From Nitrosopumilaceae archaeon (GTDB lineage: Archaea; Thermoproteota; Nitrososphaeria; Nitrososphaerales; Nitrosopumilaceae): a DNA stretch of 64,000 nucleotides. The notes beneath the pieces were generated by a model. The model saw nothing but the letters and a program-made list of their open reading frames with translations, ran no database searches and was not told the origin of the DNA. The translations under genes were made by a program, and so were the position numbers. Of the stretch, positions 53,732-64,000 are shown in pieces. The DNA lies in NCBI GenBank assembly GCA_965207375.1, contig OZ242274.1:1504001-1568000 (forward strand), in the 5' to 3' direction. Numbering within the stretch: the stretch's first letter is position 1; each line of letters opens with the position of its first letter.

Positions 53732-53880
53732 GGAGTTAATTTGTTCCCAGATGATAATATAATTGCAAAATTAGATATGAGATAAACAAGTACCATGCAG
53801 CAATTATAACTATATAAAGAATTTTAGAATCAAAATGCCACAAAAAAACTTTAACAATAGAAATCTATGAAAAGATAATC

Positions 53881-54204
53881 GTGAATACACAGGGTGCAGG
53901 AAGAGGACTAGCAGAATTAAAAAACAAAATATCTCAGATAAAAGCAGGACTTGACCAATTGGGACCCATACCCATAGATATGCCTGAGATGATAGAATCT
54001 GCAAATCTATTGCGCAAAAACGAGCATCTAGTAAAATCAGACACTGCAAAGTCTGAGTTGATTGCAAGTTATACAGCATATACAGATAATTTAGAAACCT
54101 TACTACAGTCTGTTTTTGAGATTCAAAAGGAGCTCAAGGACATAATACATGATCAAAACAGGCTGATTTCAGCCAAGCGCAGGGTCCGGCGCAAGGCAAA
54201 GTAG
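53881..54204 (+). CDS. Hypothetical coiled-coil protein
   Basis: 107-aa ORF convergent with birA. Confidence 0.65.
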   Translation: MNTQGAGRGLAELKNKISQIKAGLDQLGPIPIDMPEMIESANLLRKNEHLVKSDTAKSELIASYTAYTDNLETLLQSVFEIQKELKDIIHDQNRLISAKRRVRRKAK

Positions 54205-54206
54205 AA

Positions 54207-55205
54207 TCACCTAACATGTGAAACATCCTCTGCTAGAATCTTTTTGTTTCCGTCCTTTGTTTTGATAATTAAAGCGCCATCTTTGTCTATTTTAACAGCA
54301 GTGCCCAAAATCTTTTTACCATCTAGTGTGGTTGATATTTTTTTTCCGATTGTAGAGGACTGTTGTGTCCATTGTTTTATGACTGATTCTGTTTTTCCAG
54401 ATTCTAGCTGCTCTATTATACATTCTAGATCTACAAAAAACGTCTGAACTAGTCTCAAATTATCTGCATCTGCATCATGTTGTATAATAGAGGCAATTCC
54501 ATAAAAATTCTGGGTTTTTTTTAATATTTTTTGAGTTTTTTCAATATCAATGTCAAAATTAATTCCTATTCCTATAACTGCACATTCTAGACGATTTGAC
54601 TCAATAGAGGCATCAACAATTATGCCTGCTATCTTTTTTGCATCAACTGTTACATCATTGGGCCACTTTAATTTTGTATCAATTTTTGTGGTTTTCTTTA
54701 TTGCGTTACATAATGCAACTGATACTGCAATTGGGACTAGTGAGATTTTTGAGCTGTCCAATTTTGGTCTTAACACAACTGAAAACCAAATTCCTCCGGC
54801 AGGAGACTCCCATTTTCTTTGCAATCTGCCTTTTGCATGTGTCTGCTGCTCTGCAATTATTACTGAACCGTTTTCAGAGTTTGCTTGATTTTGTGCAAAA
54901 TTTTGTGTCGAATCAATTTTGTCAAAATAGTATATTTTTTTTCCAATTTTCCTAGTTTGCAGACCAGATACGACCTCCCATGGTAGCAGTTTTTTTGTAT
55001 CTGCGATGAGCCGATATCCTAGTTTTTGCTTTGTTTGGATTTTATAACCTAATTTCTTTATTGTTTTGATGTGTTTCCATACTGCTACTCTGCTAATTTT
55101 TAACACGTCACTTAGATCCTGACCTGACAGATATTCTTCACGATGTGATTTTAAAAATGACAAAACTCGGACTAGTCCAATATTATCATATGAGGTATAA
55201 AACAT
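54207..55205 (-). CDS. birA: Bifunctional biotin protein ligase/repressor
   Basis: YLSGQ..ISRVAVWKHI HTH, DSTQ, GRLQRKW.SP, KWPND, KKIAGI. Confidence 0.93.
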   Translation of the reverse strand: MFYTSYDNIGLVRVLSFLKSHREEYLSGQDLSDVLKISRVAVWKHIKTIKKLGYKIQTKQKLGYRLIADTKKLLPWEVVSGLQTRKIGKKIYYFDKIDSTQNFAQNQANSENGSVIIAEQQTHAKGRLQRKWESPAGGIWFSVVLRPKLDSSKISLVPIAVSVALCNAIKKTTKIDTKLKWPNDVTVDAKKIAGIIVDASIESNRLECAVIGIGINFDIDIEKTQKILKKTQNFYGIASIIQHDADADNLRLVQTFFVDLECIIEQLESGKTESVIKQWTQQSSTIGKKISTTLDGKKILGTAVKIDKDGALIIKTKDGNKKILAEDVSHVR

Positions 55206-55350
55206 ACCAATGCCATAGTTTTAGGGCAATTTAACCAATTTTGTTTTAATGTTTAGTTTTGTGCAGTGTACGACGTTATACTTGGCAGATATTTGCATGT
55301 AAAACACACTAGGACATAATTTACAATTGTATTTTTAGATACAATACAAC

Positions 55351-55869
55351 TTAGAATCCCATGTCAAAATCAAATCCGCCTCCGTCATCCATTCCTGGAT
55401 CACTGTAATCCTGACCTGATTCTTCCATGCCTCCAGGCATATCCTCTGCTGGGACATAGCTTCCCATACTAGAACCAATCATGCTAAACATCATTGAAAA
55501 CATCATCAGATCCATGACGCCAAAAAACATCATCATTGGAAGAAATGATCTGTTATCATCCATGAACCCTTGTAATTTCTTTTTATCCTTTAGTTCATAA
55601 AGTGTTTTCATTTCCCCCCATTTTGACTGGGCTTCATTTATGCTGTCTTCTAGTTCCTTGATTCCTTTTTGGGTGTTTTGAATCTCAATTTTTTTGCCAA
55701 AGAGTCCTTTTTTCTCTACAACCTGAATTAAGCCCTGTTTTTCTAGATCCTCTAAAATTTGGTTTAATTCTTGGGGTTCTACATTTGCAATTCTTCTTAT
55801 CTTGTCAAATTTTTTTGCATTACCTTGTATTGCTCCTAAAACAATCATTTGCTTTGGTGGATATTTCAT
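55351..55869 (-). CDS. Winged-helix protein with Met/Gly/Asp-rich tail
   Basis: ILEDLEKQGLI..T.KG..EL; low-complexity C-terminus. Confidence 0.7.
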   Translation of the reverse strand: MKYPPKQMIVLGAIQGNAKKFDKIRRIANVEPQELNQILEDLEKQGLIQVVEKKGLFGKKIEIQNTQKGIKELEDSINEAQSKWGEMKTLYELKDKKKLQGFMDDNRSFLPMMMFFGVMDLMMFSMMFSMIGSSMGSYVPAEDMPGGMEESGQDYSDPGMDDGGGFDFDMGF

Positions 55870-56024
55870 ATGTTTGGTTTTTAACTCCTATTAAAAAATT
55901 TTATGAAATGCAATATAGAACAAATACGCCTATAGAGCAATTTATACACAAATCAGTCACAGTATACCTGTCCAAATTATAGAGATTTTTAGAAATTTAT
56001 ACAGGACAGTATTTCATTTCAAAT

Positions 56025-56444
56025 GTGCTACATGATGAATTTACTGATGAACAAATTCGTGTAATTTTGTCATTAAAGAAGGTTGCAGTTGTAGGCATGT
56101 CTAAAGATCCCAAAAAGGCAGCACACTATGTTCCAAAATATTTGCACGAATCCGGATATGACATAATTCCAGTAAACCCCACAGCTAAGACAATACTAGA
56201 CAAAAAATGTTATAATGATATCTCTGAGATAGATACTCAAATAGACATTGTAGATGTCTTTAGACCCTCAGAGGATGTTTTGCCTATTGTCAAAAATGCA
56301 ATCAAGACAAGGCCCAAAGTAATTTGGCTACAGCAAGGAATACACAATATTTCAGCAGAAGAGCTTGCACGTAAAGCAGGCATTAAAATAGTTTTTAATC
56401 GGTGCATGCTAGCCGAGCACCAGAGACTGGTCAAAAATGAGTGA
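56025..56444 (+). CDS. CoA-binding protein (YccU-like)
   Basis: VAVVGMS, IIPVNP, DIVDVFRP, IWLQQGI, NRC. Confidence 0.9.
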   Translation: MLHDEFTDEQIRVILSLKKVAVVGMSKDPKKAAHYVPKYLHESGYDIIPVNPTAKTILDKKCYNDISEIDTQIDIVDVFRPSEDVLPIVKNAIKTRPKVIWLQQGIHNISAEELARKAGIKIVFNRCMLAEHQRLVKNE

Positions 56445-56781
56445 CTTTGCAGATTTTCACAAGGCATTGGCCGAACTTGTCTCAAAATTTGAGAATATTA
56501 AACTAGAGACAGAATCTGAAAACAATGATATCATCAAAATTTTTGATCATAGTATCAGCTCCCTTTCTCGTGCAAAAAGCGGACTAGATGAGGTTACAGA
56601 GTTTGCAATAACTGTTGCCGAACATCACCCGTACTGGGGTCTGCTGTATCAGTGTTGCCAGATATGCCAGATAGCATTGGAAAAATGGGACAAAAACATA
56701 TCAAAAGAGGAAATAGAGGAGATAAAATGGTCAATTGCCCAGTTAGATGATACATGTGAAAAATTAAAATCCACTATCTAG
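56437..56781 (+). CDS. Hypothetical protein
   Basis: 114-aa helical ORF overlapping the previous stop. Confidence 0.7.
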   Translation: MSDFADFHKALAELVSKFENIKLETESENNDIIKIFDHSISSLSRAKSGLDEVTEFAITVAEHHPYWGLLYQCCQICQIALEKWDKNISKEEIEEIKWSIAQLDDTCEKLKSTI

Positions 56782-57232
56782 TGCTATAATGCGTGTGCGT
56801 ATTTTTGTAAAATGTGGAACGTTGTCTTTACCAAGGTATTCTGCTAATCCCAAGTACACGATATTATAATCCGCACATTGAACGTACTAGTGCTAGGGCA
56901 ACAAACAACGAATCAGAATATGTTTTTCTTGTTCATACTGCGTAACTCTTCTTGTATTTGTGGATAATTGCGACTTTTGTTGGTCAATGCAAGCTGTCTT
57001 CCACGTTCGATGTATCTTGCATCGTTTTGAGCATGAGTAATTTTAGTTCCATCAGCTAGTTTAGGCACAAGCATACAAGTGATATCATGATCAAAAAGCA
57101 CGTAATGTAAAAAATCCTGATGGATTAGTCTAATATGGGTCATTTTGCATGATTTTGAAGAATTTTAGGCAGGGTTGCACTACTGTCTAGCACATCATAT
57201 ATGTTTATAAGATTATTCCGAGAATATATTGT

Positions 57233-57517
57233 ATGGATGCTAATGCGCCGGTAACCCGAACCGAATTTCACGACTTTATGGAAAAGTTTGCATGCGATCT
57301 CAACAAAGCATTTAACCATATCTATAAACGATGTGACGGTATAGAGCAAAAACTGCATAGTTTAGAATTGAAAATAAACGAAATGGGTTCCGATATACAT
57401 TCGGTCAAGAATGATGCACGGTTGATCCAACCAATATTCGAAATGACTAGAATGGATAGTGAGGAGATAGGACAACTCCAAATCTGTGTGGATAATCTAG
57501 AGAGCACCAAAAAATAA
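57233..57517 (+). CDS. Hypothetical coiled-coil protein
   Basis: PVTRTEF start, heptad pattern; TTTATAA at 57204 upstream. Confidence 0.6.
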   Translation: MDANAPVTRTEFHDFMEKFACDLNKAFNHIYKRCDGIEQKLHSLELKINEMGSDIHSVKNDARLIQPIFEMTRMDSEEIGQLQICVDNLESTKK

Positions 57518-57569
57518 TCTACCGATACTTTTCACAGAGAATTATCTACCGATAACTTACTAGTTCCGA

Positions 57570-57597
57570 CTGAAAAATTTACGACCTGAGTTTGTAC
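57570..57597 (+). repeat. MITE-family terminal sequence, copy 6 (right end only)
   Basis: CTGAAAAATTTACGACCTGAGTTTGTAC abutting a 5'-truncated transposase. Confidence 0.7.
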
Positions 57598-58809
57598 CTG
57601 GTGCCAAAAACTTGCTTGCATGCACTACTTGGTCAGTCCGTAGCAATACGATATATGGGGTCGATGATCTTAACACCGGAATGTTGAGTGCTGCCATCAT
57701 GGACTCCTCCGTAGGAGGATGTGCAAATGCAGTAAAACAAAAAAACAACAATATGCCATCTGACAGGTGGTATGCATCTGCAATCAAGGGGATTACACAG
57801 GAATCAGTACAGGACGTTTTCCAATCGCAGATAGCAAGACAGATTAAGATTCTCAAAAAAATGGGAAAGATTCCAAAGAAAGGGATTACAGTTGCAATTG
57901 ATCTGCACCTCATATGTCGTTATGATAGAACACACGGGGAGGAGCTGACCCGTTCCAAATACAAAAACGACACGACATACTTTGAGCGTTACATAACGGT
58001 TCACTGTGTGGATGATACAATGAGAGTAGTTCTTGCTGCAATACATCTCAAAATGCCTAGATTCCGTGCCTAAATCGGTGAATTTTCTGCTCAAAACACT
58101 GTCGGATTTGGGAGTAAGAGTTCGTCTGACATTATGTGATCGTGAGTTTTTCTCAGTAGACACAATGCAGATGCTGATTCAAAACGACGTATCCTTTTTG
58201 ATACCTTGCAAGAATACACCAAATGTAAAATCTGCACTAGACGAGTTTAGTCGTAAAAAACGCGATGTAACATCAGAGTGTATTTTACAAAACGACTGTC
58301 ATTCTGTACCGTATACAATGATGATGGAAAGAAGAAAGGGATCAAAGGATACTGATGTGCCAGAGGAAAAATACATTGGCTTTGCAACCAACTGTGATAC
58401 TGTAGATGTTACAGAATATGCAAGTAGATGGGGAATAGAATCAGGATACGGCAAGATGAAACAATGCAGGGCCAAGACACGAATCAAAGATGTTGTATCA
58501 AAAATGCTGTGTTTTTATTATTCGCTGATACTGTACAATGAGTGGATAATTATCAGGGCTATTCTTTGTGATGATATACAAAGACAGAGTATTATGACCA
58601 TACTAGTTTTCAAAGTACAAATGGATTTTGAATTGATGCGTCAGTTCAAGCCGCCGCCAGACTAGGATTTGGGTCACATTTCGCTTAGCTGTCGTAAGAT
58701 GTATGCCTTATCTAAAAACAACACTATCTTGTCCACCTTCTGGTACACTGTATAATGTGCTTCAAAAGCATTCGTGTTTATTTTGTCGGCATGGTTGAAA
58801 AAGGTCCTG
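57598..58809 (+). mobile_element. ISH3/IS4-like element remnant with frameshifted transposase (57612-58665)
   Basis: VAIDLH, LCDREFFS, GFATN, YASRWGIESGY; frameshift near 58060; right end approximate. Confidence 0.75.
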
Positions 58810-58814
58810 CTAGT

Positions 58815-59090
58815 TTAACATGGCATATCTGAGGTTTCTGTTACATTATTTTTAGATGATATTATATCAGTGGGTTGTTCTTTTGCCGTCGAAATTATCA
58901 GAGGTTTCTCTAGATTGGGATTATAATATTCGCTTGGTTCTCCAACTATGGCTGGATATTGTGCAAAAGCCTCGCAATTTTCATAAAAAACTAGAAAATA
59001 TATTAAAATAATTATAAAAATAGAAACAATAGAGTAAATTAAGAGTCGTCGATTCATTGTAGCGAAAGTGTCTCTCTTACAAGTTCCCAT
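58815..59090 (-). CDS. Small membrane protein, possibly truncated
   Basis: MNRRLLIYSIVSIFIIILIYFL TM segment coupled to the protease stop. Confidence 0.45.
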   Translation of the reverse strand: MGTCKRDTFATMNRRLLIYSIVSIFIIILIYFLVFYENCEAFAQYPAIVGEPSEYYNPNLEKPLIISTAKEQPTDIISSKNNVTETSDMPC

Positions 59091-60838
59091 GCACTAAATA
59101 CCTTGAAATGAGTAGCACCTGGAGTGCAGTAACTTGGATACTTACTCACATCAACTTTGAGGTTCGGAGTAGATACTGGTTGAAAAATACATACACCGCC
59201 TTGATGCACACCTACTATGTGTACAGTTCCACTATTGTTGTATGTTATTGGAGCCCCACTATCACCATTAGTGCTAGGATACAAAGCTATTCCTACATTG
59301 TTTAACACATATGTAGTATCAAGGGTTGTAGCATTTTTGTATAGTAAAGTACCATTACCATTTGTTTGACTTCCATAGATGGACAAAGTTTCATGAGGCG
59401 GCACACTACTCAAAGTTCCATTGACCACAGATATTACATCTCCAGTTAAAGATTGAACTTTGTTTTCTACTACTATGTTAGGCTCTGTAATTGGTATGAA
59501 TGCGGCATCTATTTGTGGTCCAAAATGAACTAGCACCATGCTATTTGAAAATAGAGTACTGTTAGCTCCAAATACATGACCTGTAAATGTGAAACCTGAA
59601 GGTAAGATGATGCCGTGACCACTTACTACAACACCTACAGAACCGGTACTGTTTGTTGCACCTATTGTAACTGTTGATAGTTTATCATCAACATGCGTAC
59701 TGTTTTGTGCTTTCAAATAGTATGGATTTCCACCATATATTGTAGTCGAGTTTGTCTCAACTGCGGGGGTAGGAGTTGGGTTTGGATTGGACTCTGGCGT
59801 TATCGTAGTTGTACCAGCAGGTACACTTACCACATTAGACCAAATATATCCGCCATAAATCGATGTCAGTTTCGCATTGCTCTCATAGTAGACATACACT
59901 CTAAATTTGTAATCTTTGCCTTTTTTTACCTCATCGTATGTGTAAGAGTTTACATAGACATATTCTCTATCAACACGTGTGTTATCTTCATATATGTGCA
60001 CCCTATACTTGTCAACTGCATATTGCGGTGTATTCCATGTTACTTTAATATCATCACCAGACAGTGTAGCCTGTAGGCCAGTAACTTTTGGTGGTGTAAC
60101 TTTGACTATTGTAGGTTTCGTAGTTGGTACTTCATATCCTGCATTTTTAATCTGGGTTGCATAGGTATCGCATCGGGATGTAGTTTTAGTTGGAATGCAT
60201 TTATCCTGGTATCGTTTGTAATAATAACAAGCCAGTGAATCGTCGTCTTCATCACATGGAGAGGTTGATTTTGTAGGTTTTGGAGTAACAGTGGGCGTAG
60301 AACCTAAAGAATCAGGATTAATTCCTTCCTTTCTTAGGTTATCTCCAAAAATTTTACAAACTGTCTGATAACCTGCTTTTACCGGAATGCAGTTATCCTT
60401 ATAGTACTGCTTCCAGCTCTCAATTCTTGATTGAGACACTTCTAAGACAAAGACACCATACTGAATATCAATAGGAACATCTGTGTTTAGTGCAATTGCA
60501 ATCTCTTCTTCTTCGTATTCGATGTTGGCTGTAGCAGCCATTGCATGCATAACTACAACAAGGTCACCCTTTTGCTCATCAACGGCTGTTAGGATGAAGG
60601 GATAATCGGGTGTATTAAAATTTCCAAAAGACTGTTGTTGCATTATATTAGTTAGTTTACTGTGAGCTGCATTCAAGTCATCAGCTCGTCCTACCGGACC
60701 TATACTATCACTAGGTGATAAAATGTGAGGATTATCTATTTCTTTTGTGTTTAATTCATTTGTTTGTTGTGCAAGTACACCTGCTGGCACCAAGAGAATT
60801 AGTGCAAACATTGGTATTGCTAATTGCATTTTATTCAA
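59054..60838 (-). CDS. Secreted S1 (chymotrypsin-like) serine protease with FN3 domain
   Basis: Signal peptide; VTW..Y.FRV FN3 pattern; catalytic VSGH, IDAA, GDSGAP. Confidence 0.8.
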   Translation of the reverse strand: MNKMQLAIPMFALILLVPAGVLAQQTNELNTKEIDNPHILSPSDSIGPVGRADDLNAAHSKLTNIMQQQSFGNFNTPDYPFILTAVDEQKGDLVVVMHAMAATANIEYEEEEIAIALNTDVPIDIQYGVFVLEVSQSRIESWKQYYKDNCIPVKAGYQTVCKIFGDNLRKEGINPDSLGSTPTVTPKPTKSTSPCDEDDDSLACYYYKRYQDKCIPTKTTSRCDTYATQIKNAGYEVPTTKPTIVKVTPPKVTGLQATLSGDDIKVTWNTPQYAVDKYRVHIYEDNTRVDREYVYVNSYTYDEVKKGKDYKFRVYVYYESNAKLTSIYGGYIWSNVVSVPAGTTTITPESNPNPTPTPAVETNSTTIYGGNPYYLKAQNSTHVDDKLSTVTIGATNSTGSVGVVVSGHGIILPSGFTFTGHVFGANSTLFSNSMVLVHFGPQIDAAFIPITEPNIVVENKVQSLTGDVISVVNGTLSSVPPHETLSIYGSQTNGNGTLLYKNATTLDTTYVLNNVGIALYPSTNGDSGAPITYNNSGTVHIVGVHQGGVCIFQPVSTPNLKVDVSKYPSYCTPGATHFKVFSAWELVRETLSLQ

Positions 60839-60895
60839 ATTATTGCAACCATCTGCCTTTTATTATGATATAAACTTTTAACTTTCGTTCAGTTA

Positions 60896-62168
60896 TGTGT
60901 GATCCCAAAAGTAGTTCACCCCCGTTAGACTCTTGATTAATTTGAATTTCATTAGAATTTCACACCTCTACATGTCATTGGATTTCTAGTACCATTTCCA
61001 CTCTGTTTGGGCAGTCATTTTGTGACCTCCTCGACGATATCATTTGGAGGCATCTTTCTTGCAAATGCCTGTGCAGGAGTCTCCAATTTAGAGGTATCAA
61101 GTGAGTCATGAGGGCGCTCATAATTGTACCACCTTACAAATCGTGCTATTACATCAGACTCTATTGGTTGTACACTCGTAAGATTTGCAGTTCCAAGAGC
61201 GCCTGCCACATCAACAAATTCGTGTAATTTTCTTTGCAGTTCTCCATGAAGTCGTTCCAGTTTACCGTTTGTCTGTGGGTGATTCACCCTTGCAAGTATG
61301 TGTTTTATGTCAAGTTCTACTAGTTTCTTTTCGTATTCTGAAACGCCTTTCCTTTTTACTTCAGCTGCATTTGCATAGAATTGAGAGCCACGGTCAGTTA
61401 GGATAGATGCTGGTTTGCCATAATCTTTGATGGCCTGGACCAGTACAGATATGGCATTTTAATTTAGTTGCATTGTACAAGACACCATATCCTGCAATAA
61501 ATCGTGATGCATCGTCCTGATACGACACAAACCACCTGCCATCATCTAGCTGTTTGTAGTCAGTGTGCCACATGGAATTAGAGTGCTCACACTCGTATCT
61601 GATCCATCTGCGTCGTCGTCTCTTTTTTTATTCCTCTTTTGCCATATCATTTTCTAGCAATATCTTGTGTATCGTATTGTGAGGTATATGTATGCCAGTT
61701 TGGTTCTCAATTATATCCTCTATCCTCTTTGCGGCAAGATGATTGGTTGCCCTTACAGAAAGTACTGCAGAGTGTTCCCTCCTGCCAGGCAGTCCTATTA
61801 TGGGTCTGCCCATGGCATATGGATACTGCACATTGTTTGCGTTCTTGTACCGGGCCCACAGTAACTGCACCCATCTAACAGATATGCCCATTGTTTCGAC
61901 TATCTCCTTGTTGGAGGTAAGCTTGCGCTTTTCCCGCAATATCCAGTCTACTTGGGATTCGTCTAGTTTACTCACTACCTGTAACATCTGCCTGCCGACA
62001 TGACGCCATCTTTTACTGCGTTTTCGTTTATGCTTGTTTTGTTTTGGAGAGCAAGGCACATACCATCATTTCTACTCTGTACCGAGCATAGAGACGTAAT
62101 GTGATTGTTGCAGTCTGCATTGGCACAGTCAAAACCGGAGGGGAGTGAACTACTTTTGGGATCCCACA
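60896..62168 (-). mobile_element. IS481-family element with frameshifted transposase (61015-62059)
   Basis: TIR TGTG(T/G)GATCCCAAAAGTAGTTCAC at both ends; WHTD, DDASR, TDRGSQF, HPQTNGKLER, YNYERPH spread over frames. Confidence 0.88.
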
Positions 62169-62219
62169 AAAATTAAAATCCACAGTCAAAGATAAATAAC
62201 AAAAAACAACATTGTCTTT

Positions 62220-63431
62220 GTGCCTGTTAAAATCGGACTCATTGGCAAGACAAATACTGGAAAAACTACATTTTTCAACTCTGCGACCCTGTCATCCTCT
62301 AAAATCTCCACATATCCATTTACAACAAAAATGCCTATTTCTGCCACGGCTAATGCAGTCACACTGTGTGTGCATTCAGAATTTAAGATTCAAGATAATC
62401 CAAATAATTCAAAATGTGTAGATGGTTGGCGCTATATTCCAATTGAATTAATTGACTTGCCTGGTCTAATCAAGGATGCATGGCAGGGAAAGGGTCTTGG
62501 AAATCAATTTCTTTCAATTGCTGCACAGTCAGATGCCTTGCTGCATATAGTTGATGCCTCTGGAGGAATTGACTCTACAGGAAAGATTTCAGAGATAGGC
62601 ACAGGCGACCCAATATCTGATTTTGCAGACATTGAAGAGGAGCTAATCATGTGGTATCACAAGATTCTTGAAGGAAATAGGGACAAGATTACAAAGCTTG
62701 AGCAAGCAGGATCTGAATTAATTGATGCAGTAACTGAGCTGTATAGGGGCGTAGGCGTCAACAAATCCCACGTAAGGGATGCACTACAGGCAACAAATCT
62801 AGAGGGAAAAACACTAGAAGAGTTTGGAATTGAAGAAAGTAAAAGATTTGCCACACAGCTGCGCAAAATATCAAAGCCCACACTTGTTGTTGCAAACAAA
62901 ATTGACATCAAAGGTGCAGATGAAAACTTTTCTAGGCTTCGTGAGCGCTATGCAGATACCATTGTAGTTCCTGCAAGTGCTGACAGCGAGCTGAGTCTGA
63001 GGCGTGCAGAACAAAAGGAATTGATCAAATACTCGCCAGGTTCTGAACGATTTGAGATTTTAAACGCATCAAAACTCAATGACAGGCAAAAAAACGCCCT
63101 TGATTTTATTACCAGAGATATTATGGGCGAATACATGAGAACCGGCGTGCAGTTTGCAATCAATATTGCAGTGTTTAAGTTACTCAAAATGAATTCAATT
63201 TACCCCGTAGCAGATCAGAAAAAAATGTCAGACAAAAAAGGAAATGTATTGCCGGATCTGATTCTGATGAAAAATGGTGCCACAATAAAGGATTTAGCAA
63301 AAGAGATACACACCGATTTGACCAAGGGACTGATTTATGCCCAAGACCTGCGATATAACCTGCGCCTGCCTGTAGACTATCAGTTACGAGATCGTGATGT
63401 GGTGTCACTAGTTAGCGCATCAAAAAAATAA
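62220..63431 (+). CDS. OBG-family translation-associated GTPase (YchF/Ygr210-like)
   Basis: GKTNTGKT, YPFTT, DLPGL, GLGNQFL, NKID, C-terminal TGS domain. Confidence 0.92.
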   Translation: MPVKIGLIGKTNTGKTTFFNSATLSSSKISTYPFTTKMPISATANAVTLCVHSEFKIQDNPNNSKCVDGWRYIPIELIDLPGLIKDAWQGKGLGNQFLSIAAQSDALLHIVDASGGIDSTGKISEIGTGDPISDFADIEEELIMWYHKILEGNRDKITKLEQAGSELIDAVTELYRGVGVNKSHVRDALQATNLEGKTLEEFGIEESKRFATQLRKISKPTLVVANKIDIKGADENFSRLRERYADTIVVPASADSELSLRRAEQKELIKYSPGSERFEILNASKLNDRQKNALDFITRDIMGEYMRTGVQFAINIAVFKLLKMNSIYPVADQKKMSDKKGNVLPDLILMKNGATIKDLAKEIHTDLTKGLIYAQDLRYNLRLPVDYQLRDRDVVSLVSASKK

Positions 63432-63464
63432 ATCAATAATAACGGCATGTTATAACCAATACAG

Positions 63465-64000
63465 ATGAGTGATAATAATTATTCCCAGTATGGAGTATAC
63501 GACATAACAGAGGAGATAGAGCTACAGTTTCCTAAAACCCAGATCAGAATCAAACGCATATCTGAGAAGGTATTTTCATATTATCGAAAAAATTCTGAAG
63601 ATAAAATAACTGAAAAAATCATTCCATTAAAGACTGAAAATATGAAAATTGAGCTAGCACCGATTCGTCCCCTGAATCATCCTGCCCGCAGGACACAACA
63701 CATGATTCTTAATTTTGACAGGGAAATACACCTAATGCAAGACTCTGCAGTCAAAATATTTGCCCAGTGTCCAATTGAGATAGGACTGTTTTTGATAGGA
63801 GAAAATATTAGTCCACTTGATTATTTTACGTGTGCCCCTATATCCTCTAGATTCGGCCTGCATGGTGCAACAGATAACGGCATGCTGTGCAAATACGCCT
63901 CATCTGAAATTGTAGAGTCACCTTCTGAATCTATTCCATATTACAACGGAGTAATGTCAGTTACGATACAAAACAACCTCAATACAGGTCAAAACATCAA
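63465..64000 (+). CDS. DUF432-like protein, 3' partial
   Basis: ATG at 63465, open to the window end; APIRPLNHPARRT, CPIEIG, YG/HG..GMLCKY. Confidence 0.65.
   Translation, partial: MSDNNYSQYGVYDITEEIELQFPKTQIRIKRISEKVFSYYRKNSEDKITEKIIPLKTENMKIELAPIRPLNHPARRTQHMILNFDREIHLMQDSAVKIFAQCPIEIGLFLIGENISPLDYFTCAPISSRFGLHGATDNGMLCKYASSEIVESPSESIPYYNGVMSVTIQNNLNTGQNI

Noticed and set aside
22192-57597. Integron attC or Xer dif interpretation of the dispersed repeat
   Set aside because: No RYYYAAC/GTTRRRY cores, no 11-6-11 palindrome and no tyrosine recombinase in the window
475-63408. Many short antisense or alternate-frame ORFs in the track
   Set aside because: Shadow frames of well-supported genes with no motifs
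1-64000. tRNA, rRNA or integrase-defined island borders
   Set aside because: None recognised by eye; the left border of the defence island lies outside the window

Overview
AT-rich archaeal DNA, most likely a Nitrosopumilaceae thaumarchaeote. This is inferred from TFIIB, the split MetH, an IPSWVK-repeat TPR metalloprotease, DUF432 and an archaeal OBG GTPase. The heavy IS and pseudogene load suggests a host-associated lineage. Bases 1-22.2 kb form a defence island with no visible IS, built around DNA phosphorothioation: dndB-C-D-E-A plus a pbeA-B-C-D-like operon. The variant looks unusual. The PbeA PLD catalytic motif appears eroded, and the operon is tightly bracketed by an EVE/PUA-like-HNH nuclease and a 737-aa C2H2/Mrr-like/SWIM protein. 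The island also holds two tandem HNH genes, a YwbE-Schlafen fusion and an SspE/GmrSD-like gene, and three 21-bp-phased repeats precede dndB. Bases 22.2-64 kb alternate core genes (ABC transporter, metH, MTHFR-like, Nudix, tfb, birA, GTPase) with intact or decayed IS66, IS110, IS5, IS630, IS3, ISH3 and IS481 elements, a MITE family, a doubly inactivated type ISP R-M gene and HicB/HicA-like pairs. Notable non-coding signals are a twin-hairpin bridge/seekRNA-like region behind the IS110 recombinase (plus a transposase-free copy) and a nested stem-loop beside a DUF3800-like gene. All calls come from motif reading by eye; no searches were run.
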